From assembly GCA_007119175.1 (NCBI GenBank), contig SKQC01000102.1, positions 1 through 54,767 on the forward strand: a stretch of 54,767 nucleotides of DNA. Reading direction: 5' to 3'. Origin of the DNA: Myxococcales bacterium (GTDB lineage Bacteria > Myxococcota_A > Bradymonadia > Bradymonadales > Bradymonadaceae). Position numbers and translations under genes: made by a program. Positions 37,259-45,545 of the stretch are shown here, piece after piece. Each line of letters opens with the position of its first letter. Within the stretch, counting starts at the first letter, position 1. The notes under the pieces are model-generated. The model worked only from the letters and a program-made list of their open reading frames with translations, was not told where the DNA came from and searched no databases.

Positions 37259-37556
37259 AGCTTTCTTCTTCGGTATTCCACGTCTCACCCTCGTCGCATC
37301 CCTCGCACCCGGGATCGCAGCGCAACACCGGACATCCCCGGTTGTCTTGTACCGACTCCAACCCGCAGCCGGGCATGCACTCCGGCTCTGAAGTCGCCGG
37401 ACAGGTTCGGCAGCGCTCCCGATTTTCATCGAAATATTGGTGGGAATCACAATCCTCCGGGCGATCGCGCACCTCACCACTTCCGCATCCCATCAGCAAG
37501 ACCAGTGACAGCACGAATAGGCCTCGTATCCACATCTGCAACTCCATTGTCATCAC
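37245..37556 (-). CDS. small acidic Cys-rich lipoprotein
   Basis: Lipobox LVLLMGC, then about 80 aa with 10 Cys (CDSHQYFDENRERCRTC...CDPGCEGCDEGE). Confidence 0.7.
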   Translation of the reverse strand: MMTMELQMWIRGLFVLSLVLLMGCGSGEVRDRPEDCDSHQYFDENRERCRTCPATSEPECMPGCGLESVQDNRGCPVLRCDPGCEGCDEGETWNTEEESCEPV

Positions 37557-37644
37557 CGCTTCGGGTCAGAGCTCAACTGTCCTCGTCATATCAATCCCGC
37601 TCCGCCGTGGCCAGCGCATTGCAGTGGCCGATTGCCCACCCAAT

Positions 37645-37681
37645 CAATTGCAACTTGCGACTTTGGTATGTTACCGTGAGC
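37645..37681 (-). promoter_or_regulatory. second copy of the bipartite motif (GCTCACGGTAACAT-N17-CAATTG) upstream of the Cys-rich lipoprotein gene
   Basis: The 14-mer is identical to 22089-22102 (minus-strand sense) and lies about 90 nt upstream of start 37556. Confidence 0.35.
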
Positions 37682-37853
37682 GGGCCTACGGCGTTGATGT
37701 CTGCGCTTTCGTTGAATTCTAATTGCATGTCGGAGATTTACCGCCACTATGCGATCGAACGAACCAAGGTATGTTCGAGCCGGCCGATGCCGATATAGGC
37801 GCCGCAATCACTTGGACAGATCTGTTGTCAATCGTTAGTTCGCGCTGCTCGGG

Positions 37854-39668
37854 ATGAATATGACTTCAGGGACCCGGGTTGGGACGGTTATTGAAGAGAA
37901 ATACCGTCTCGACAAACAGATTGGTCACGGCTCAATGGGAGCCGTCTACCGGGGTACCCAGTTAATGGTCGACCGTTCCGTGGCCATCAAACTGCTGCAT
38001 CCCACCTTCGCCGGCCACGACAAAATCCAGGCCCGCTTCGAGGTCGAGGCAAAGGCGATCGCTCGCCTCAACCACCCCAACTGTATCACCCTTTTCGACT
38101 TCGGGTACTCCGAGGATATGGCCGCCTTTTATACGGTGGTCGAATTTATCGACGGCATCCCCCTGGGGGATTTGATCAACCAACACCCGCCGGTCAAACG
38201 GGTGGTGGAATTGATCCGCCAGATGGCCTCCGCGCTGGGCCATGCCCATCACCACGGGATTTTGCACCGCGATTTAAAACCCGAAAATATCATGCTCGCC
38301 ACCATGACCGATGGCCGCGAGATGGTCAAAGTGCTGGACTTCGGCATCGCTCAGATCATGAAGGGCACCGCCGAGGAAGGAGACGAAGAGCCTGGCGACT
38401 TTGAAAGCGACCGCATCACCCGGGTCGGTGAGGTCTTCGGTACACCGCCGTATATGAGCCCCGAGCAATGCGAGTCGGCCCGCGATCTGACTCCGGCCAC
38501 CGATCTGTATTCGCTGGGGATCATTTTTTATGAGTTGCTCGAGGGGCGACTGCCCTTTTTCGCCGACACTCCCGTAGAGATCATGCGGATGCACCTCAAC
38601 GAGGAGCCGCCGCCGATGACGCGCGCCGGAGTGCCGGAGGCTCTGGAATCGATCGTCTTGCAGATGCTCGCCAAAGATCCAGATATCCGCCCCGACAGCG
38701 GCGATCAGATCGTCAAGATGCTCGAGGAGATCCCGGAGGATGACCTCGCCGAAGACGGACAGGTCGCCAGAGCTCCCGGCGACGCCCGCGAAACAGATCC
38801 CACCCTGCTCTCGGCACCACCGCCGAGCGACACCATCATCGTCGACGACGGCGATGACGATCTGAGCGAGGCCAGTGAACCCGGCGAGGCCAGCGAGATC
38901 TACAAACTCGACGATCTCGTCGAAGAGCCGTTACAGACCGAAAAAGCCGCTCCCACAACGGGACAGGTAAAAACGCCGGATGCTCCCATTTCGGCGCATA
39001 AGAAAACCGACTCTCTGGAATTGGTCGGCCAGCAAAGCGACGTCTCCACCGCCGGAATTCTCGATACCGGGGCCCAGGAGGTCAAAGCACTGGCCTCGAA
39101 AATTGCATCAGAAGAAAAAAAGATGCTCTTCGGAGTCATCTTCGTGGTACTGCTCACCGGTGCCGCTATGGTCTGGATTATTCTCGAATACGAGCCGTTT
39201 TCGATGGCCGACGAAGAAGATCTTTCGACCATCGGTAGATATGCCGCCGGCCCACACGGCTCGCAGGGTGAGGACGACGGCGACGATGGCATCGATGATT
39301 TACACAACGGCTCACAGGAATTTGTCGGCTCCGACGATGACGACGATGAGTTCGGCGAGATTTTTGTCGATGACGAAGACGATGAATTTGTCGACGACGT
39401 CGAATTTGTCGAGGAAGACGAGGAAGACGAAGAACACGAGGACATCGAAGAGGGCGAGGACGCCGAAGAAGAAATTGTCGAGGAAACCCCGGAGCCCTCC
39501 CAGCCATCTCGCCGACCAACGCGAACAGCCCCTCAGCCGGAACCGGAACCCAGCGAGTCTCCACGCCAGCCGCCGCGCCTGGGCGTCGACGATCCGGCCC
39601 CCTCCGATGACGACGAGGAAGAGCCGGAAGAAGAAGAGCCGCGAGGCCCGCCTCGTCTGGGACTGTAA
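37854..39668 (+). CDS. Hanks-type Ser/Thr protein kinase with TM segment and extremely acidic C-terminal region
   Basis: GHGSMGAVY, VAIK, HRDLKPENI, DFGIA, GTPPYMSPE. TM segment FGVIFVVLLTGAAMVWIIL. C-terminal runs of D/E. Confidence 0.9.
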   Translation: MNMTSGTRVGTVIEEKYRLDKQIGHGSMGAVYRGTQLMVDRSVAIKLLHPTFAGHDKIQARFEVEAKAIARLNHPNCITLFDFGYSEDMAAFYTVVEFIDGIPLGDLINQHPPVKRVVELIRQMASALGHAHHHGILHRDLKPENIMLATMTDGREMVKVLDFGIAQIMKGTAEEGDEEPGDFESDRITRVGEVFGTPPYMSPEQCESARDLTPATDLYSLGIIFYELLEGRLPFFADTPVEIMRMHLNEEPPPMTRAGVPEALESIVLQMLAKDPDIRPDSGDQIVKMLEEIPEDDLAEDGQVARAPGDARETDPTLLSAPPPSDTIIVDDGDDDLSEASEPGEASEIYKLDDLVEEPLQTEKAAPTTGQVKTPDAPISAHKKTDSLELVGQQSDVSTAGILDTGAQEVKALASKIASEEKKMLFGVIFVVLLTGAAMVWIILEYEPFSMADEEDLSTIGRYAAGPHGSQGEDDGDDGIDDLHNGSQEFVGSDDDDDEFGEIFVDDEDDEFVDDVEFVEEDEEDEEHEDIEEGEDAEEEIVEETPEPSQPSRRPTRTAPQPEPEPSESPRQPPRLGVDDPAPSDDDEEEPEEEEPRGPPRLGL

Positions 39669-39699
39669 TCAACACCACTTTCTAACGGAAGAGTTTATC

Positions 39700-40590
39700 A
39701 TGTCGTCTCGTCTCCACTGGTCATCCATCGTTGTCGCATTGCTCGTCCTGCTCGTTCCTCTGGTCGCCGTCGCCGACGACGCCTACGAGGAGATGATCGA
39801 TCTGAGCAATGAAGCCGCCGACGCCGTCGCCGACGGGCGCTTCGAGATCGGCGCCGTCAAATTCCGACAGGCCTATGAGACGTATCCCGATCCGATCCTC
39901 TTGAACAACGAGATGATCGCCTGGTACCGCGCCGACGACTGCCAAAATGCCCTTCCCCCGGCGCGCCAATTTCTGGAGACTGAAGGGCTGGAACCGGAAG
40001 ACCGGGAGGATGTGGAATCCGTCCAGATTCAATGCCATCTACGCCTTGCTGAAAATGCCCTTGAGGAACAAAATGCCGTCCTCACCTCTTACCATCTGGA
40101 CAGCCTGGAGCCGCTGGACCTCGACGCCGACAGCCAGGCTGAACACGCCGCCCTGAGGGAAGCAATGGAGCAGCGATTCGGGCCGACCGATGAGCCCGCC
40201 ACAACCACAGCAGTGCAGCCAGCCCCGGCGAGCTCCTCACAGACCCGCTCCTGGGCTCAGATCTCCGGCGGCATCGCCGTCACCGGAGTTGGCATCGCCC
40301 TGCACGCCGTGGCCCTGTCACGCCAGTCGGAGCTGCGCTCACTGGCGGACTCCACCAATCCCGCCGATGCCCAGCGTCTGGAGCAACGAAAGGCCGACTG
40401 GGGCGGTTTTCAGAGTACGGCTCGGTGGGCCGTTCCCGCCCTGTACACCGTCGGCGGCGTCGCCATCGGCTCGGGCGTCTTCTTTTTGATGCGCGACCGC
40501 TCCTCTGGTGATGCCCACACAGACTCCGTCGCCGTGAGCCCCGATGTCGGCACCGACCGCGTCGGCCTCTCACTGTCCGGACGCTTCTGA
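39700..40590 (+). CDS. secreted helical-repeat protein with C-terminal double-TM module (paralog of the C-terminus of 12182-13249)
   Basis: ATG 39700 gives MSSRLHWSSIVVALLVLLVPLVAVA (signal peptide). Two hydrophobic helices follow and the terminus is VGLSLSGRF. The upstream part of track ORF 38980-40590 is an out-of-frame overlap with the kinase gene. Confidence 0.65.
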   Translation: MSSRLHWSSIVVALLVLLVPLVAVADDAYEEMIDLSNEAADAVADGRFEIGAVKFRQAYETYPDPILLNNEMIAWYRADDCQNALPPARQFLETEGLEPEDREDVESVQIQCHLRLAENALEEQNAVLTSYHLDSLEPLDLDADSQAEHAALREAMEQRFGPTDEPATTTAVQPAPASSSQTRSWAQISGGIAVTGVGIALHAVALSRQSELRSLADSTNPADAQRLEQRKADWGGFQSTARWAVPALYTVGGVAIGSGVFFLMRDRSSGDAHTDSVAVSPDVGTDRVGLSLSGRF

Positions 40591-40603
40591 CCCCGCCTTA
40601 TTT

Positions 40604-41890
40604 ATGACCGAATTACAGACCCGCTTTCTCGTCGTCGGCGCCGGCATGACCGGCCTTGCCTTCGCCAATTTCATTGACGACGACAACGTTCTGGTTGTCG
40701 AGCGCGAAGAAGAGATCGGCGGATGGTGTAAAACCATCCACCGCGACGGCTTCGTCTGGGATTACTCAGGGCACTTTTTCCACTTTAAACATCCCGACGT
40801 CGAATCCTATCTGCGCCGACGAATGGATTCCGACGACATCGTCACCGTCGAGAAAAACTCCCTGATTCATATCGACGGCCACCGCGTCGATTTTCCATTT
40901 CAGAAAAATATCCATCAGCTGCCGAAATCGAAATTCATCGATGCCCTCTACGATCTGTATTTTCGAGACGAACAGATCGACACCGCCGACGCTGATTCCT
41001 TTCAGGGAATGCTGTACGAAAAATTCGGGCGCACCATCAGCGAGCTATTTCTTATCCCCTATAATGAAAAGCTCTATGCCTGCAATCTGGAGCGCCTCGA
41101 CAGAGACGCCATGGGCCGGTTTTTCCCCTACGCCAATCTGGAAGAGATCATTCGCAATATGCGCCGCCCCGACAACGCCTCCTACAACTCCACCTTTACC
41201 TATCCGCTGGGCGGGGCCATCTGCTACGTGGAAGCGCTGGCCAGCGAGGTGGACGACGACAGGCTTTTGACCGGCGCCGGGGTGGTCAATATCTCGCCGG
41301 CCGAAAAGATCGCCACCCTGGCCGACGGACGGCGTGTGGCGTACGAGCATCTGATTTCGTCGGCTCCCTTTGACCGTCTTTTAAAGATGAGCGGCGTCGA
41401 CCACGATCCCTCGACTTTTACGTCCAATAAGGTTCTGGTCTTCAATCTGGGATTCGATCGAAAGGGGCCCCGCGGGGTTCACTGGATGTATTTTCCGGAA
41501 CGGGAGGTCTCGTTTTACCGGGCCGGATTTTATGACAATATCATGAATGCAGAGCGGATGAGCCTCTATGTCGAAATCGGGCTTCCCACAGACGCCACCG
41601 TCGACGTCGAAGCGCTGCGCCAACAGGTCCTGAGCGATCTAAAAGCTGTCGGCGTCGTCGATGGCCATCAGCTCGTCGCCGACCACCATGTTGTTTTAGA
41701 TCCGGCCTACGTTCACATCACCGGCGACTCCAAGCGCCAATTTGCGGAGCTGGACGCCACTCTTCGCTGCGCCCAGATCTATTCGATCGGGCGCTACGGC
41801 GGCTGGACCTATTGTTCGATTGAGGACAATATCGTCGAGGCCCGCGAACTGGCACAGCGCTTCAATCGACTCGACCGGTCTGCCGGCTAA
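40604..41890 (+). CDS. FAD-dependent oxidoreductase (amine oxidase / protoporphyrinogen oxidase / UDP-galactopyranose mutase-like fold)
   Basis: Dinucleotide motif FLVVGAGMTGLAFA...VVEREEEIGGWC. Length of about 428 aa from ATG 40604. Confidence 0.6.
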   Translation: MTELQTRFLVVGAGMTGLAFANFIDDDNVLVVEREEEIGGWCKTIHRDGFVWDYSGHFFHFKHPDVESYLRRRMDSDDIVTVEKNSLIHIDGHRVDFPFQKNIHQLPKSKFIDALYDLYFRDEQIDTADADSFQGMLYEKFGRTISELFLIPYNEKLYACNLERLDRDAMGRFFPYANLEEIIRNMRRPDNASYNSTFTYPLGGAICYVEALASEVDDDRLLTGAGVVNISPAEKIATLADGRRVAYEHLISSAPFDRLLKMSGVDHDPSTFTSNKVLVFNLGFDRKGPRGVHWMYFPEREVSFYRAGFYDNIMNAERMSLYVEIGLPTDATVDVEALRQQVLSDLKAVGVVDGHQLVADHHVVLDPAYVHITGDSKRQFAELDATLRCAQIYSIGRYGGWTYCSIEDNIVEARELAQRFNRLDRSAG

Positions 41891-41917
41891 AAACCCCCAC
41901 CTTTATCAGATGATATA

Positions 41918-42469
41918 TTACTGGTCGCCGTCGCTCTGTTCCAAGAGCCATCGGGTCTCCTCGACGTTTTGCTCGAGTTCCCAATTCGACTCTTCTGCTT
42001 CCTGATATTCTGCCGGATCTTGAGCGGTCGCCCGGTTATTGCTCAGATAACCAAATAGGATAAAGGCGCCGGCTAATACGAGGACCACGGCGATGACGTG
42101 GCTCCGTCGGACGTCGCCGAAAAATCGGGCTACTCCGGCAATCTCGTCTGCCGTATCGGCCCCGCCCGCCTGTGAAGATCGACCCAATCCGACGCGCTTT
42201 CGCTCCATCGGTGTGGTGTGAGTGCGCTGTCGTCGGCGCCCGGTAAGCCGCTCGTATGATTGGAGCACTTCGTCGACATCGAGGCGAAGTTCCTGAGCGT
42301 AATTGCGAAGATGACCGCGAGCGAAGACGTCGGCCACATATTCTTCAAAGCGATCTTCTTCGAGGTGCTCCAGCATTCCCCGCGGAATCCTGGTCATGGC
42401 CGCCACATCATCCAGCGCCAATCCCCGTTCCTCCCGTGCTTCACGGAGCAATACCCCGGGAGACTTCAT
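41918..42469 (-). CDS. RodZ-like HTH (XRE-type) membrane protein
   Basis: LLREAREERGLALDDVAAMTRIPRGMLEHLEEDRFE HTH, a basic linker, and one TM segment (VIAVVLVLAGAFILFGYL). Confidence 0.65.
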   Translation of the reverse strand: MKSPGVLLREAREERGLALDDVAAMTRIPRGMLEHLEEDRFEEYVADVFARGHLRNYAQELRLDVDEVLQSYERLTGRRRQRTHTTPMERKRVGLGRSSQAGGADTADEIAGVARFFGDVRRSHVIAVVLVLAGAFILFGYLSNNRATAQDPAEYQEAEESNWELEQNVEETRWLLEQSDGDQ

Positions 42470-43030
42470 ACTACGTCCTCTCAGTTAACTTCAATTAGTC
42501 CACAATAGAGCCTGACAATCGCCGGTGGGACCATCGAGACCGGAATCTACATATCTACCGGCCAAATCACTGACGAATCGGTGTAACATCACTCCACAAC
42601 GAGCCCTTCATACAGATTGTGAAGCATTTTGCAAGGAGCGGAAAAAAAAGGTTGGTGGTTATCACTGTACACTGCCCGGGTAGTAGTGCGAAGAAAAAGT
42701 TTTCCACACCCGGGGGACCAACCCGAGCCGCGTCGGTGTTTCTGGTGCGACATTTTAAGTGTCCAAGATCGCGATGGGAATCGTCAATTCACGGGGCGTT
42801 ACGCTTTGTACAACGCGCTCGGTTATCCGAATGTCCGCAAGCGTTATATTCGGGCATGCGGGAGCGCGGAAAGCTTGACACCAGCAGGGGCCATTGATAG
42901 CTCTACCAAGTGCTCAAAGGAGGTTTTTCGCCAGTCCGTTCCGCCCGATCCGAGCGGCGTGTGCTGCAGTTTGAAGTTCTATTCCCGGCCACCGCTGTCA
43001 CGGTGGCGACCCTGGGACTGAGGAGTTTGG

Positions 43031-44620
43031 ATGCTGGTGCGTATCATTCCCGTTTTTCTTGCCGTTGCTTCCCTCTTGTCGATCCTGTCTTTCTCGACGG
43101 CCGCTGAGGCCTCCGAGCCCACAGAGGTGCTCGACGGCACAGGCCTGATGGACACGAGCCCGAGCACTTTCAACACTCGTGGTTTTGCCCAGGAGCCCTA
43201 TTTTTACGTCACTCCTGGCTTTCGCTTCGACTACACCACTGCCGAGATCTCACGGGAGGCTCCCTGTGTGGCCAGCGAGAACTCATTTGAGGACGGAGAG
43301 CTGGCCGCCAACAACCCCCGCGTGCAATTCGATGAACAGGGCTGCAGCACCCCTCGCATCGTCAATCGCCGCCAGATGGACTATCGCTCAACGCGGACGA
43401 CCCTGGATATGACCCTTCGCACCGGCGCCCGCGGCATCGAGTTGCGTCTGAACTTTCCTCTGGTCCTTAGTTCCTCCCGGGGACTTCGCTACGCCCAGGC
43501 CCAGCGATCGGCGACGGAAAGCCCGGTCAACGAGAATAACTCCTTTGTCGACCCCTCCGATCAGCGAATTCGAAACCATGGCGAAGATGTATTCAGCGAT
43601 AATACAGACCGGTTTTCCAACGAACTCGACCAATTTCAGATGTATCGCTTTATGGAGCTCAGTAGCGAGTTTTCGCCCTACGATCGCAGCGGATTTGCCG
43701 ATCCAACCGTAGGAGTTCACTGGGCGCCCTGGAGCGATTATGACGACGATACCAAGGCGACGATGCACGTCGGCGTCGACTACACGATGCCCGTGGCCCG
43801 CGCTCAACAAGCTGGAAATACCTCCGTTGGACGCGGGGTCCATGAATTGACCTGGAGTGTCGGGGCCTCCAAAAAATTCGACTGGATCGAACCCTATTTT
43901 GGCGCCCAGTACACGCTTCCTATGGCGCGTTCGAATTCCCTCTTCGGCGAGGTCGATCCTCGCGGGGACTTCGGCCAGGGACAGGTGGTACAGCGCCCGC
44001 CGATGCACGCCTTATTCTCCATCGGCACCGAGCTCATTCCCTATGAAAATCCGGCCCAGGGAGCGCGTTACTCTCTCGATCTGAGCTTTAATTTTGGCTA
44101 CACCAGTGAGGGACGCGATTATTCACCGCTATTCGACCATATGACCGACCCCGGCAATCGCTGTAACGGAATGACCCTCGATGAGGTCCGGCCCCAATTC
44201 GACGGCGACACCTTGACCAACCCGGAGGACGTGGCCTGCGCGTGGGTCGTCCAGCAGCCGTCGAACTCCACTGGAAATGCCGAATATGACCTCAACACCA
44301 CTGCCGGTGATCGCTCATTTGAGTTTACTGATCTGATGACCGTCGACAGCTACGGCACATTCGGCCTTGAATTGGGCGCCAATCTCCAGCCCCACCACCT
44401 CTTTCAATTCCGGGTTAACGGGGGCATTACGCACCACCAAGCCCACCTGCTGACCAATGCCCGTACCGGCTCCACCGGCGGTGAAGGAGCGGTGACCATG
44501 GATGACGGCACGGAGCGCAATCCCACCTACAATCCAGCCTATGACAACTCGGGCGATCGCTTTCGCGTCACCCGCTACAACACCTGGCACGTCGCCGTGG
44601 GCACGGCCCTGCAGTTCTGA
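43031..44620 (+). CDS. putative outer-membrane beta-barrel protein
   Basis: Signal peptide ending STAAEA, alternating-hydrophobicity segments, and a C-terminal aromatic beta-signal ...WHVAVGTALQF. GAGGAG RBS before the ATG. Confidence 0.6.
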   Translation: MLVRIIPVFLAVASLLSILSFSTAAEASEPTEVLDGTGLMDTSPSTFNTRGFAQEPYFYVTPGFRFDYTTAEISREAPCVASENSFEDGELAANNPRVQFDEQGCSTPRIVNRRQMDYRSTRTTLDMTLRTGARGIELRLNFPLVLSSSRGLRYAQAQRSATESPVNENNSFVDPSDQRIRNHGEDVFSDNTDRFSNELDQFQMYRFMELSSEFSPYDRSGFADPTVGVHWAPWSDYDDDTKATMHVGVDYTMPVARAQQAGNTSVGRGVHELTWSVGASKKFDWIEPYFGAQYTLPMARSNSLFGEVDPRGDFGQGQVVQRPPMHALFSIGTELIPYENPAQGARYSLDLSFNFGYTSEGRDYSPLFDHMTDPGNRCNGMTLDEVRPQFDGDTLTNPEDVACAWVVQQPSNSTGNAEYDLNTTAGDRSFEFTDLMTVDSYGTFGLELGANLQPHHLFQFRVNGGITHHQAHLLTNARTGSTGGEGAVTMDDGTERNPTYNPAYDNSGDRFRVTRYNTWHVAVGTALQF

Positions 44621-44666
44621 ACCTCCCACAGATTGTGACTCATCGACTGATCTCGCAACAGTGCTG

Positions 44667-45509
44667 CTAATCGACCAATTGGTCGATGCGGTCGTAGATC
44701 TGGGATCGGGGAATATCGAACATCTCATCGACGAAATCCTTGATCGTTCGCCGGCGCACTCCCTGATCGTGCAATAGAACGATGGCGCGATCTGCCTGTT
44801 CCCAACCGTCGTCTTTGTCGGTGTCCGGACGCCCGGCGATACACAGCACGATCTCACCGCGTACAGGCGCCTGCTCTTCCAATTTCTGGCGCACCCTCTC
44901 AGCACTCCCCACCACAAATTCCTCGTGTAGTTTCGTCAGTTCCCGGCCGATACATACCTCGCGCGCCGGCCCACAGACCTCTATCACGTCGTCGAGTGCC
45001 TTTATAATGCGTCGGGGGGACTCATAGGTCACGATCGTTGTATGGAGTCTATCGAGCTCCTCAAGACGATGTCGACGCCGCTCGGGCGAGGTTGGCAAAA
45101 ACCCCTCGAAATAAAAGCGATCCGTGGCCAGCCCGGAGCCACTTAACGCCACCACCGCTGCCGCGGGACCGGGCAGTGCGGTCACCTCCAGATCGCGCTG
45201 TCGACAGGCCCGGACAAGCCGATAGCCGGGATCGGAAATTGTCGGTGTGCCGGCATCGCTGGTCAGCACCACTGTATTGCCGTTTTCGACGGCGTCCGCG
45301 ATCTCATCGGCTCGGTCCCGGGCGGTGTGGTCGTCGTAGCGCCACAATTTCGGGCGGCCATCACTTCGAGCAATCCCCAGCAACTCCAATAATTTCCCGG
45401 CTCGCCGAGTATCCTCACAGGCGATGATATCCGCCGACGTCAGCGCTTCGCGCTGCCGCGGCGTCACATCGTCGAGATTTCCGATCGGCGTCGGACAGAT
45501 CACGAGCAT
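44667..45509 (-). CDS. rsmI: 16S rRNA (cytidine1402-2'-O)-methyltransferase
   Basis: MLVICPTPIGNLDDVTPRQREAL...IACEDTR tetrapyrrole-methylase-fold N-terminus typical of RsmI. 280 aa. Confidence 0.9.
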   Translation of the reverse strand: MLVICPTPIGNLDDVTPRQREALTSADIIACEDTRRAGKLLELLGIARSDGRPKLWRYDDHTARDRADEIADAVENGNTVVLTSDAGTPTISDPGYRLVRACRQRDLEVTALPGPAAAVVALSGSGLATDRFYFEGFLPTSPERRRHRLEELDRLHTTIVTYESPRRIIKALDDVIEVCGPAREVCIGRELTKLHEEFVVGSAERVRQKLEEQAPVRGEIVLCIAGRPDTDKDDGWEQADRAIVLLHDQGVRRRTIKDFVDEMFDIPRSQIYDRIDQLVD

Positions 45510-45545
45510 ACCCCTTCCTCCGTGCCTTTTAATTTTGATGGGAAA

